Shown here: piece after piece, positions 37,401 to 51,100 of the stretch
Layout of the letters: each line of letters begins with the position of its first letter
Numbering within the stretch: position 1 is the first letter of the stretch
Assembly: GCA_964658305.1 (NCBI GenBank)
Contig: OZ210885.1
Span: 16,678,001-16,742,000 of the forward strand
Origin: Leptogorgia sarmentosa
Lineage: Eukaryota
DNA: 64,000 nt
Direction of reading: 5' to 3'
Notes under the pieces: generated by a model
What the model was told of the DNA's origin: nothing
Database searches by the model: none
The model's input: the letters and a program-made list of their open reading frames with translations, nothing else
Position numbers and translations under genes: made by a program

Positions 37401-38174
37401 ACCATACCAGTAGGAAAATGCCGGGTCTCGTCTGATCACCGAAGTTTAGCCTAGGTGGGAAAAGTTAGTACTTGGATGGGTGACCACCTGGGAATACTTT
37501 GTGTTGTAGACTTGCTTCATTTTATTGTATGTGTGTTTGTAAATAGGTTTGCTTTCAATTTCAACTTCAGGGTTTTGTTATTGTTACATGTTTAAAAAGT
37601 GTAACTTCCATCAACAAATGTCTACGACCATACCAGCAGGAAAATACCGGTTCTCATCTGATCACCGAAGTTAAGCCTAGGTGGGCAAAGTTAGTACTTG
37701 GATGGGTGACCACCTGGGAATACTTTGTGTTGTAGACTTGCTTCATTTTATTGTATGTGTGTTTGTAAATAGGTTTGCTTTCAATGTAAACTTCAGGGAT
37801 TTTGTTTTTGCTACATCTGGAAATACTTTGTATTGTTGTTTTGCTAAATGTTATTTAATGCCTATTTGTAAATATAATTCCTTTCAATTTCAACTTCAGG
37901 GTTTTGTTATTGTTACACGTTTAAAAAGTGTTACTTCCATCAACAAATGTCTACGACCGTACGAGTAGGAAAATACCGGTTCTCGTCTGATCACCGAAGT
38001 TAAGCCTAGGTGGGCAAAGTTAGTAGTTGGATGGGTGACCACTTGGGAATACTTTGTGTTGTAGAGTTGCTTCATTTTATTGTATGTGTGTTTGTAAATA
38101 GGTTTGCTTTCAATTTCAACTTCAGGGTTTTTTTATTGTTACACGTTTAAAAAGTGTAACTTCCATCAACAAAT

Positions 38175-38228
38175 GTGTACGACCGTACGAGTAGGAAAAT
38201 ACCGGTTCTCGTCTGATCACCGAAGTTA
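38175..38228 (+). pseudogene. Second copy of the truncated 5S (nt 1-54)
   Basis: Same junction, exactly 15,822 bp downstream of 22353. Confidence 0.92.
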
Positions 38229-40396
38229 CATCTGGAAATACTTTGTATTGTTGTTTTGCTAAATGTTATTTAATGCCTATTTGTAAATATACTTCCTTTC
38301 AATTTCAACTTCGGGGTTTTGTTATTGTTACACGATTAAAAAGTGTAACTTCCATCAACAAATGTGTACGACCGTACGAGTAGGAAAATACCGGTTCTCG
38401 TCTGATCACCGAAGTTAAGCCTAGGTGGGCACAGTTAGTAGTTGGATGGGTGACCACCTGGGAATACTTTGTGTTGTAGACTTGCTTCATTTTATTGTAT
38501 GTGTGTTTGTAAATAGGTTTGCTTTCAATTTCAACTTCAGGGTTTTGTTATTGTTACACGTTTTAAAAGTGTAACTTCCATCAGCAAATGTCTACGACCA
38601 TACCAGTAGGAAAATACCGGTTCTCGTCTGATCACCGAAGTTAAGCCTAGGTGGGCATAGTTAGTACTTGGATGGGTGACCACCTGGGAATACTTTGTGT
38701 TGTAGACTTGCTTCACTTTATTGTATGTGTGTTTGTAAATAGGTTTGCTTTCAATTTCATCTTCAGGGTTTTGTTATTGTTACACGTTTAAAAAGTGTTA
38801 CTTCCATCAACAAATGTCTACGACCATACCAGTAGGAAAATACCGGTTCTCGTCTGATCACTGAAGTTAAGCCTAGGTGGGCAAAGTTAGTACTTGGATG
38901 GGTGACCACCTGGGAATACTTTGTGTTGTAGACTTGCTTCATTTTATTGTATGTGTGTTTGTAAATAGGTTTGCTTTCAATTTCAACTTCAGGGTTTTGT
39001 TATTCTTACACGTTTAAAAAGTGTTACTTCCACCAACAAATGTCTACGACCATACCAGTAGCAAAATACCTGTTCTCGTCTGATCACCGAAGTTAAGCCT
39101 AGGTGGGAAAGTTAGTACTTGGATGGGTGACTACCTGGGAATACTTTGTGTTGTAGACTTGCTTCATTTTATTGTATGTGTGTTTGTAAATATAATTCCT
39201 TTCAATTTCAACTTCAGGGTTTTGTTATTGTTACACGTTTAAAAAGTGTAACTTCCATCAACAAATGTCTACCACCATACCAGTAGGAAAATACCGGTTC
39301 TCGTCTGATCACCGAAGTTAAGCCTAGGTTGGGCAAAGTTAGTACTTGGATGGGTGACCACCTGGGAATATTTTGTGTTGTAGACTTGCTTCATTTTATT
39401 GTATGTGTGTTTGTAAATAGGTTTGCTTTCAATTTCAACTTGAGGGTTTTCTTATTGTTACATGTTTAAAAAGTGTAACTTCCATCAACAAATGTCTACG
39501 ACCATACCAGCAGGAAAATACCGGTTCTCGTCTGATCACCGAAGTTAAGCCTAGGTGGGCAAGTTAGTACTTGGATGGGTGACCACCTGGGAATACTTTG
39601 TTTTGTAGACTTGCTTCATTTTATTGTATGTGTGTTTGTAAATAGGTTTGCTTTCAATTTCAACTTTAGGGTTTTGTTATTGTTACACGTTTAAAAAGTG
39701 TAACTTCCATCAACAAATGTCTACGACCATACCAGTAGGAAAATACCGGTTCTCGTCTGATCACCGAAGTTAAGCCTCGGTGGGCAAAGTTAGTACTTGG
39801 ATGGGTGACCACCTGGGAATACTTTGTGTTGTAGACTTGCTTCATTTTATTGTATGTGTGTTTGTAAATAGGTTTGCTTTCAATTTCAACTTCAGGGTTT
39901 TGTTATTGTTACACGTTTATAAAGTGTAACTTCCATCAACAAATGTCTACGACCATACCAGTAGGAAAATACCGGTTCTCGTCTCATCACCGAAGTTAAG
40001 CCTAGGTGGGCAAAGTTAGTACTTGGATGGGTGACCACCTGGGAATACTTTGTGTTGTAGACTTGCTTCATTTTATTGTATGTGTGTTTGTAAATAGGTT
40101 TGCTTTCAATTTCAACTTCAGGGTTTTGTTATTGTTACACGTTTAAAAAGTGTTACTTCCATCAACAAATGTCTACGACCATACCAGTAGGAAAATACCG
40201 GTTCTCGTTTGATCACCGAAGTTAAGCCTACGTGGGCAAAGTTAGTACTTGGATGGGTGACTACCTGGGAATACTTTGTGTTGTAGACTTGCTTCATTTT
40301 ATTGTATGTGTGTTTGTAAATAGGTTTGCTTTCAATTGCAACTTCAGGGTTTTGTTATTGTTACACGTTTAAAAAATGTAACTTCCATCAACAAAT

Positions 40397-40515
40397 GTCT
40401 ACGACCATACTAGTAGGAAAATGCCGGTTCTCGTCTGATCACTGAAGTTAAGCCTAGGTGGGCAAAGTTAGTACTTGGATGGGTGACCACCTGGGAATAC
40501 TTTGTGTTTAGACTT
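40397..40515 (+). pseudogene. 5S variant with a lesion in the 3' strand of helix I (a related copy starts at 42739)
   Basis: TTTGTGTTTAGAC instead of TTTGTGTTGTAGAC (G113 deleted), plus C15T, A27G and C47T in this copy. Confidence 0.6.
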
Positions 40516-43500
40516 GCTTCATTTTATTGTATGTGTGTTTGTAAATAGGTTTGCTTTCAATGTAAACTTCAGGGATTTTTTTATTACTACATCTGGAAAT
40601 ATTTTGTATTGTTGTTTCGCTAAATGTTATTTAATGCCTATTTGTAAATATAATTCCTTTCAATTTCAACTTCAGGGTTTTGTTATTGTTACACGTTTAA
40701 AAAATGTAACTTCCATCAACAAATGTCTACGACCATACCAGTAGGAAAATACCGGTTCTCGTCTCATCACCGAAGTTAAGCCTAAGTGCGCAAAGTTAGT
40801 ACTTGGATGGGTGACCACCTGGGAATACTTTGTGTTGTAGACTTGCTTCATTTTATTGTATGTGTGTTTGTAAATAGGTTTGCTTTCAATTTCAACTTCA
40901 GGGTTTTGTTATTGTTACACGTTTAAAAAGTGTAACTTCCATCAACAAATGTCTACGACCATACCAGTAGGAAAATACCGGTTCTCGTCTGATCACCGAA
41001 GTTAAGCCTAGGTGGGCAAAGTTAGTACTTGGATGGGTGACCACCTGGGAATACTTTGTGTTGTAGACTTGCTTCATTTTATTGTATGTGTGTTTGTAAA
41101 TAGGTTTGCTTTCAATTTCAACTTCAGGGTTTTGTTATTGTTACACATTTAAAAAGTGTTACTTCCAACAACAAATGTCTACGACCATACCAGTAGGAAA
41201 ATACCGGTTCTCGTCTGATCACCGAAGTTAAACCTAGGTGGGCAAAGTTAGTACTTGGATGGGTGACCACCTGGGAATACTTTGTGTTGTAGACTTGCTT
41301 CATTTTATTGTATGTGTGTTTGTAAATAGGTTTGCTTTCAATTTCAACTTCAGGGTTTTGTTATTGTTACACGTTTAAAATGTGTAACTTCCATCAACAA
41401 ATGTCAACGACCATACCAGTAGGAAAATACCGGTTCTCGTCTGATCACCGAAGTTAAGCCTAGGTGGGCAAAGTTAGTACTTGGATGGGTGACTACCTGG
41501 GAATACTTTGTGTTGTAGACTTGCTTCATTTTATTGTATGTGTGTTTGTAAATAGAATTCCTTTCAATTTCAACTTCAGGGTTTTGTTATTGTTACACGT
41601 TCAAAAAGTGTAACTTCCATCAACAAATGTCTACGACCATACCAGTAGGAAAATACCGGTTCTTGTCTGATCACCGAAGTTAAGCCTAGGTGGGCAAAGT
41701 TAGTACTTGGATGGGTGACCACCTGGGAGTACTTTGTGTTGTAGACTTGCTTCATTTTATTGTATGTGTGTTTGTAAATAGGTTTGCTTTCAATGTAAAC
41801 TTCAGGGATTTTGTTATTGCTACATCTGGAAATACTTTGTATTGTTGTTTTGCTAAATGTTATTTAATGCCTATTTGTAAATATAATTCCTTTCAACTTC
41901 AACTTCAGGGTTTTATTATTGTTACACGTTTAAAAAGTGTAACTTCCATCAACAAGTGTCTACGACCATACCAGTAGGAAAATACCGGTTCTCGTCTGAT
42001 CACCGAAGTTAAGCCTAGGTGGGAAAAGTTAGTACTTGGATGGGTGACCACCTGGGAATACTTTGTGTTGTAGACTTGCTTCATTTTATTGTATGTGTGT
42101 TTGTAAATAGGTTTGCTTTCAATGTAAACTTCAGGGATTTTGTTATTGCTACATCTGGAAATACTTTGTATTGTTGTTTTCCTAAATGTTATTTAATGCC
42201 TATTTGTAAATATAATTCCTTTCAATTTCAACTTCAGGGTTTTGTTATTGTTACACATTTAAAAAGTGTAACTTGCATCAACAAATGTCTACGACCGTAC
42301 GAGTAGGAAAATACCGGTTCTCGTCTGATCACCGAAGTTAAGCCTAGGTGGGCAAAGTTAGTACTTGGATGGGTGACTACCTGCGAATACTTTGTGTTGT
42401 AGACTTGCTTCATTTTATTGTATGTGTGTTTGTAAATATAATTCCTTTCAATCTCAACTTCAGGGTTTTGTTATTGTTACACGTTTAAAAAGTGTAACTT
42501 CCATCAATAAATGTCTACGACCATACCACTAGGAAAATACCGGTTCTCGTCTGATCACCGAAGTTAAGCCTAGGTGGGTAAAGTTAGCAGTTGGATGGGT
42601 GACCACCTGGGAATACTTTGCGTTGTAGACTTGCTTCATTTTGTTGTATGTGTGTTTGTAAGTAGGTTTGCTTTCAATTTCAACTTCAGGGTTTTGTTAT
42701 TGTTACACGTTTAAAAAGTGTAACTTCCATCAACAAATGTCTACGACCATACCAGTAGGAAAATACCGGTTCTCGTCTGATCACCGAAGTTAAGCCTAGG
42801 TGGGCAAAGTTAGTACTTTGATGGGTGACCACCTGGGAATACTTTGTGTTTAGACTTGCTTCATTTTATTGTATGTGTGTTTGTAAATAGGTTTGCTTTC
42901 AATGTAAACTTCAGGGATTTTTTTATTACTACATCTGGAAATATTTTGTATTGTTGTTTCGCTAAATGTTATTTAATGCCTATTTGTAAATATAATTCCT
43001 TTCAATTTCAACTTCAGGGTTTTGTTATTGTTACACGTTTAAAAAATGTAACTTCCATCAACAAATGTCTACGACCATACCAGTAGGAAAATACCGGTTC
43101 TCGTCTCATCACCGAAGTTAAGCCTAGGTGCGCAAAGTTAGTACTTGGATGGGTGACCACCTGGGAATACTTTGTGTTGTAGACTTGCTTCATTTTATTG
43201 TATGTGTGTTTGTAAATAGGTTTGCTTTCAATTTCAACTTCAGGGTTTTGTTATTGTTACACGTTTAAAAAGTGTAACTTCCATCAACAAATGTCTACGA
43301 CCATACCAGTAGGAAAATACCGGTTCTCGTCTGATCACCGAAGTTAAGCCTAGGTGGGCAAAGTTAGTACTTGGATGGGTGACCACCTGGGAATACTTTG
43401 TGTTGTAGACTTGCTTCATTTTATTGTATGTGTGTTTGTAAATAGGTTTGCTTTCAATTTCAACTTCAGGGTTTTGTTATTGTTACACATTTAAAAAGTG

Positions 43501-45145
43501 TTACTTCCAACAACAAATGTCTACGACCATACCAGTAGGAAAATACCGGTTCTCGTCTGATCACCGAAGTTAAACCTAGGTGGGCAAAGTTAGTACTTGG
43601 ATGGGTGACCACCTGGGAATACTTTGTGTTGTAGACTTGCTTCATTTTATTGTATGTGTGTTTGTAAATAGGTTTGCTTTCAATTTCAACTTCAGGGTTT
43701 TGTTATTGTTACACGTTTAAAATGTGTAACTTCCATCAACAAATGTCAACGACCATACCAGTAGGAAAATACCGGTTCTCGTCTGATCACCGAAGTTAAG
43801 CCTAGGTGGGCAAAGTTAGTACTTGGATGGGTGACTACCTGGGAATACTTTGTGTTGTAGACTTGCTTCATTTTATTGTATGTGTGTTTGTAAATAGAAT
43901 TCCTTTCAATTTCAACTTCAGGGTTTTGTTATTGTTACACGTTCAAAAAGTGTAACTTCCATCAACAAATGTCTACGACCATACCAGTAGGAAAATACCG
44001 GTTCTTGTCTGATCACCGAAGTTAAGCCTAGGTGGGCAAAGTTAGTACTTGGATGGGTGACCACCTGGGAGTACTTTGTGTTGTAGACTTGCTTCATTTT
44101 ATTGTATGTGTGTTTGTAAATAGGTTTGCTTTCAATGTAAACTTCAGGGATTTTGTTATTGCTACATCTGGAAATACTTTGTATTGTTGTTTTGCTAAAT
44201 GTTATTTAATGCCTATTTGTAAATATAATTCCTTTCAACTTCAACTTCAGGGTTTTATTATTGTTACACGTTTAAAAAGTGTAACTTCCATCAACAAGTG
44301 TCTACGACCATACCAGTAGGAAAATACCGGTTCTCGTCTGATCACCGAAGTTAAGCCTAGGTGGGAAAAGTTAGTACTTGGATGGGTGACCACCTGGGAA
44401 TACTTTGTGTTGTAGACTTGCTTCATTTTATTGTATGTGTGTTTGTAAATAGGTTTGCTTTCAATGTAAACTTCAGGGATTTTGTTATTGCTACATCTGG
44501 AAATACTTTGTATTGTTGTTTTCCTAAATGTTATTTAATGCCTATTTGTAAATATAATTCCTTTCAATTTCAACTTCAGGGTTTTGTTATTGTTACACAT
44601 TTAAAAAGTGTAACTTGCATCAACAAATGTCTACGACCGTACGAGTAGGAAAATACCGGTTCTCGTCTGATCACCGAAGTTAAGCCTAGGTGGGCAAAGT
44701 TAGTACTTGGATGGGTGACTACCTGCGAATACTTTGTGTTGTAGACTTGCTTCATTTTATTGTATGTGTGTTTGTAAATATAATTCCTTTCAATCTCAAC
44801 TTCAGGGTTTTGTTATTGTTACACGTTTAAAAAGTGTAACTTCCATCAATAAATGTCTACGACCATACCACTAGGAAAATACCGGTTCTCGTCTGATCAC
44901 CGAAGTTAAGCCTAGGTGGGTAAAGTTAGCAGTTGGATGGGTGACCACCTGGGAATACTTTGCGTTGTAGACTTGCTTCATTTTGTTGTATGTGTGTTTG
45001 TAAGTAGGTTTGCTTTCAATTTCAACTTCAGGGTTTTGTTATTGTTACACGTTTAAAAAGTGTAACTTCCATCAACAAATGTCTACGACCATACCAGTAG
45101 GAAAATACCGGTTCTCGTCTGATCACCGAAGTTAAGCCTAGGTGG
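40480..45145 (+). repeat. 2,342-bp (nine-unit) tandem duplication
   Basis: ORFs 40502/42844, 41690/44032 and 42019/44361; 2342 = 3x329 + 6x226 - 1. Confidence 0.9.
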
Positions 45146-48100
45146 GGAAAGTTAGTACTTGGATGGGTGACTACCTGGGAATACTTTGTGTTGTAGACTT
45201 GCTTCATTTTATTGTTTGTGTGTTTGTAAATAGGTTTGCTTTCAATTTCAACTTCAGGGTTTTGTTATTGTTACACGTTTAAAAAGTGTAACTTCCATCA
45301 ACAAATGTCTACGACCATACCAGTAGGAAAATACCGGTTCTCGTCTGATCACCGAAGTTAAGCCTAGGTGGGCAAAGTTAGTACTTGGATGGGTGACCAC
45401 CTGGGAATACTTTGTGTTGTAGACTTGCTTCATTTTGTTGTATGTGTGTTTGTAAGTAGGTTTGCTTTCAATTTCAACTTCAGGGTTTTGTTATTGTTAC
45501 ACGTTTAAAAAGTGTAACTTCCATCAACAAATGTCTACGACCATACCAGTAGGAAAATACTGGTTCTCGTCTGATCACCGAAGTTAGGCCTAGGTGGGAA
45601 AAGTTAGTACTTGGATGGGTGACCACCTGGGAATACTTTGTGTTGTAGACTTGCTTCATTTTATTGTATGTGTGTTTGTAAATAGGTTTGCTTTCAATTT
45701 CAACTTCAGGGTTTTGTTATTGTTACACGTTTAAAAAGTGTAACTTCCATCAACAAATGTCTACCACCATACCAGTAGGAAAATACCGGTTCTCGTCTGA
45801 TCACCGAAGTAAAGCCTAGGTAAAGCCTAGGTGGGCAAAGTTAGTACTTGGATGGGTGACCACCTGGGAATACTTTGTGTTGTAGACTTGCTTCATTTTA
45901 TTGTATGTGTGTTTGTAAGTAGGTTTGCTTTCAATTTCAACTTCAGGGTTTTGTTATTGTTACACGTTTAAAAAGTGTAAGTTCCATCAACAAATGTTTA
46001 CGACCATACCAGTAGGAAAATACCGGTTCTCGTCTGATCACCGAAGTTAAGCCTACGTGGGCAAAGTTAGTAGTTGGATGGGTGACCACCTGGGAATACT
46101 TTGTGTTGTAGACTTGCTTCATTTTGTTGTATGTGTGTTTGTAAGTAGGTTTGCTTTCAATTTCAACTTCAGGGTTTTGTTATTGTTACACGTTTAAAAA
46201 GTGTAACTTCCATCAACAAATGTCTACGACCATACCAGTAGGAAAATACCGGTTCTCGTCTGATCACCGAAGTTAACCCTAGGTGGGCAAAGTTAGTACT
46301 TGGATGGGTGACTACCTGGGAATACTTTGTGTTGTAGACTTGCTTCATTTTATTGTATGTGTGTTTGTAAATAGGTTTGCTTTCAATTTGAACTTCAGGG
46401 TTTTGTTATTGTTACACGTTTAAAAAGTGTAACTTCCATCAACAAATGTCTACGACCATACCAGTAGGAAAATACCGGTTCTCGTCTGATCACCGAAGTT
46501 AAGCCTAGGTGGGAAAAGTTAGTACTTGGATGGGTGACCACCTGGGAATACTTTGTGTTGTAGACTTCCTTCATTTTATTGTATGTGTGTTTGTAAATAG
46601 GTTTGCTTTCAATTTCAACTTCAGGGTTTAGTTATTGTTACACGTTTAAAAAGTGTAACTTCCATCAACAAATGTCTACGACCATACCAGTAGGAAAATA
46701 CCGGTTCTCGTCTTATCACCGAAGTTAAGTCTAGGTGGGCAAAGTTAGTACTTGGATGGGTGACCACCTGGGAATACTTTGTGTTGTAGACTTGCTTCAT
46801 TTTATTGTATGTATGTTTGTAAATAGGTTTGCTTTCAATGTAAACTTCAGGGATTTTGTTATTGCTACATCTGGAAATACTTTGTATTGTTGTTTTCCTA
46901 AATATTATTTAATGCCTATTTGTAAATATAATTCCTTTCAATTTCAACTTCAGGGTTTTGTTATTGTTACACATTTAAAAAGTGTAACTTGCATCAACAA
47001 ATGTCTACGACCGTACGAGTAGGAAAGTACCGGTTCTCGTCTGATCACCGAAGTTAAGCCTAGGTGGGCAAAGTTAGTACTTGGATGGGTGACCACCTGG
47101 GAATACTTTGTGTTGTAGACTTGCTTCATTTTATTGTATGTGTGTTTGTAAATAGGTTTGCTTTCAATGTAAACTTCAGGCATTTTGTTATTGCTACATC
47201 TGGAAATACTTTGTATTGTTGTTTTGCTAAATGTTATTTAATGCCTATTTGTAAATATAATTCCTTTCAACTTCAACTTCAGGGTTTTGTTATTGTTACA
47301 CGTTTAAAAAGTGTAACTTCCATCAACAAGTGTCTACGACCATACCAGTAGGAAAATACCGGTTCTCGTCTGATCACCGAAGTTAAGCCTACGTGGGCAA
47401 AGTTAGTAGTTGGATGGGTGACCACCTGGGAATACTTTGTGTTGTAGACTTGCTTCATTTTGTTGTATGTGTGTTTGTAAGTAGGTTTGCTTTCAATTTC
47501 AACTTCAGGGTTTTGTTATTGTTACACGTTTAAAAAGTGTAACTTCCATCAACAAATGTCTACGACCATACCAGTAGGAAAATACCGGTTCTCGTCTGAT
47601 CACCGAAGTTAACCCTAGGTGGGCAAAGTTAGTACTTGGATGGGTGACTACCTGGGAATACTTTGTGTTGTAGACTTGCTTCATTTTATTGTATGTGTGT
47701 TTGTAAATAGGTTTGCTTTCAATGTAAACTTCAGGGATTTTGTTATTGCTACATCTGGAAATACTTTGTATTGTTGTTTTCCTAAATGTTATTTAATGCC
47801 TATTTGTAAATATAATTCCTTTCAATTTCAACTTCAGGGTTTTGTTATTGTTACACATTTAAAAAGTGTAACTTGCATCAACAAATGTCTACGACCGTAC
47901 GAGTAGGAAAATACCGGTTCTCGTCTGATCACCGAAGTTAAGCCTAGGTGGGCAAAGTTAGTACTTGGATGGGTGACTACCTGCGAATACTTTGTGTTGT
48001 AGACTTGCTTCATTTTATTGTATGTGTGTTTGTAAATATAATTCCTTTCAATCTCAACTTCAGGGTTTTGTTATTGTTACACGTTTAAAAAGTGTAACTT

Positions 48101-51100
48101 CCATCAATAAATGTCTACGACCATACCACTAGGAAAATACCGGTTCTCGTCTGATCACCGAAGTTAAGCCTAGGTGGGTAAAGTTAGCAGTTGGATGGGT
48201 GACCACCTGGGAATACTTTGCGTTGTAGACTTGCTTCATTTTGTTGTATGTGTGTTTGTAAGTAGGTTTGCTTTCAATTTCAACTTCAGGGTTTTGTTAT
48301 TGTTACACGTTTAAAAAGTGTAACTTCCATCAACAAATGTCTACGACCATACCAGTAGGAAAATACCGGTTCTCGTCTGATCACCGAAGTTAAGCCTAGG
48401 TGGGGAAAGTTAGTACTTGGATGGGTGACTACCTGGGAATACTTTGTGTTGTAGACTTGCTTCATTTTATTGTTTGTGTGTTTGTAAATAGGTTTGCTTT
48501 CAATTTCAACTTCAGGGTTTTGTTATTGTTACACGTTTAAAAAGTGTAACTTCCATCAACAAATGTCTACGACCATACCAGTAGGAAAATACCGGTTCTC
48601 GTCTGATCACCGAAGTTAAGCCTAGGTGGGCAAAGTTAGTACTTGGATGGGTGACCACCTGGGAATACTTTGTGTTGTAGACTTGCTTCATTTTGTTGTA
48701 TGTGTGTTTGTAAGTAGGTTTGCTTTCAATTTCAACTTCAGGGTTTTGTTATTGTTACACGTTTAAAAAGTGTAACTTCCATCAACAAATGTCTACGACC
48801 ATACCAGTAGGAAAATACCGGTTCTCGTCTGATCACCGAAGTTAGGCCTAGGTGGGAAAAGTTAGTACTTGGATGGGTGACCACCTGGGAATACTTTGTG
48901 TTGTAGACTTGCTTCATTTTATTGTATGTGTGTTTGTAAATAGGTTTGCTTTCAATTTCAACTTCAGGGTTTTGTTATTGTTACACGTTTAAAAAGTGTA
49001 ACTTCCATCAACAAATGTCTACCACCATACCAGTAGGAAAATACCGGTTCTCGTCTGATCACCGAAGTAAAGCCTAGGTAAAGCCTAGGTGGGCAAAGTT
49101 AGTACTTGGATGGGTGACCACCTGGGAATACTTTGTGTTGTAGACTTGCTTCATTTTATTGTATGTGTGTTTGTAAGTAGGTTTGCTTTCAATTTCAACT
49201 TCAGGGTTTTGTTATTGTTACACGTTTAAAAAGTGTAAGTTCCATCAACAAATGTTTACGACCATACCAGTAGGAAAATACCGGTTCTCGTCTGATCACC
49301 GAAGTTAAGCCTACGTGGGCAAAGTTAGTAGTTGGATGGGTGACCACCTGGGAATACTTTGTGTTGTAGACTTGCTTCATTTTGTTGTATGTGTGTTTGT
49401 AAGTAGGTTTGCTTTCAATTTCAACTTCAGGGTTTTGTTATTGTTACACGTTTAAAAAGTGTAACTTCCATCAACAAATGTCTACGACCATACCAGTAGG
49501 AAAATACCGGTTCTCGTCTGATCACCGAAGTTAACCCTAGGTGGGCAAAGTTAGTACTTGGATGGGTGACTACCTGGGAATACTTTGTGTTGTAGACTTG
49601 CTTCATTTTATTGTATGTGTGTTTGTAAATAGGTTTGCTTTCAATTTGAACTTCAGGGTTTTGTTATTGTTACACGTTTAAAAAGTGTAACTTCCATCAA
49701 CAAATGTCTACGACCATACCAGTAGGAAAATACCGGTTCTCGTCTGATCACCGAAGTTAAGCCTAGGTGGGAAAAGTTAGTACTTGGATGGGTGACCACC
49801 TGGGAATACTTTGTGTTGTAGACTTCCTTCATTTTATTGTATGTGTGTTTGTAAATAGGTTTGCTTTCAATTTCAACTTCAGGGTTTAGTTATTGTTACA
49901 CGTTTAAAAAGTGTAACTTCCATCAACAAATGTCTACGACCATACCAGTAGGAAAATACCGGTTCTCGTCTTATCACCGAAGTTAAGTCTAGGTGGGCAA
50001 AGTTAGTACTTGGATGGGTGACCACCTGGGAATACTTTGTGTTGTAGACTTGCTTCATTTTATTGTATGTATGTTTGTAAATAGGTTTGCTTTCAATGTA
50101 AACTTCAGGGATTTTGTTATTGCTACATCTGGAAATACTTTGTATTGTTGTTTTCCTAAATATTATTTAATGCCTATTTGTAAATATAATTCCTTTCAAT
50201 TTCAACTTCAGGGTTTTGTTATTGTTACACATTTAAAAAGTGTAACTTGCATCAACAAATGTCTACGACCGTACGAGTAGGAAAGTACCGGTTCTCGTCT
50301 GATCACCGAAGTTAAGCCTAGGTGGGCAAAGTTAGTACTTGGATGGGTGACCACCTGGGAATACTTTGTGTTGTAGACTTGCTTCATTTTATTGTATGTG
50401 TGTTTGTAAATAGGTTTGCTTTCAATGTAAACTTCAGGCATTTTGTTATTGCTACATCTGGAAATACTTTGTATTGTTGTTTTGCTAAATGTTATTTAAT
50501 GCCTATTTGTAAATATAATTCCTTTCAACTTCAACTTCAGGGTTTTGTTATTGTTACACGTTTAAAAAGTGTAACTTCCATCAACAAGTGTCTACGACCA
50601 TACCAGTAGGAAAATACCGGTTCTCGTCTGATCACCGAAGTTAAGCCTACGTGGGCAAAGTTAGTAGTTGGATGGGTGACCACCTGGGAATACTTTGTGT
50701 TGTAGACTTGCTTCATTTTGTTGTATGTGTGTTTGTAAGTAGGTTTGCTTTCAATTTCAACTTCAGGGTTTTGTTATTGTTACACGTTTAAAAAGTGTAA
50801 CTTCCATCAACAAATGTCTACGACCATACCAGTAGGAAAATACTGGTTCTCGTCTGATCACCGAAGTTAGGCCTAGGTGGGAAAAGTTAGTACTTGGATG
50901 GGTGACCACCTGGGAATACTTTGTGTTGTAGACTTGCTTCATTTTATTGTATGTGTGTTTGTAAATAGGTTTGCTTTCAATTTCAACTTCAGGGTTTTGT
51001 TATTGTTACACGTTTAAAAAGTGTAACTTCCATCAACAAATGTCTACCACCATACCAGTAGGAAAATACCGGTTCTCGTCTGATCACCGAAGTAAAGCCT

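Larger units (their letters stand above)
7250..38990 (+). repeat. Near-perfect tandem duplication of a 15,822-bp block (two copies, junction about 23072-23170)
   Basis: ORF pairs offset by exactly 15,822 (7685/23507, 9369/25191, 21859/37681, 22483/38305). Private variants and the 140-bp deletion are shared. Confidence 0.95.
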
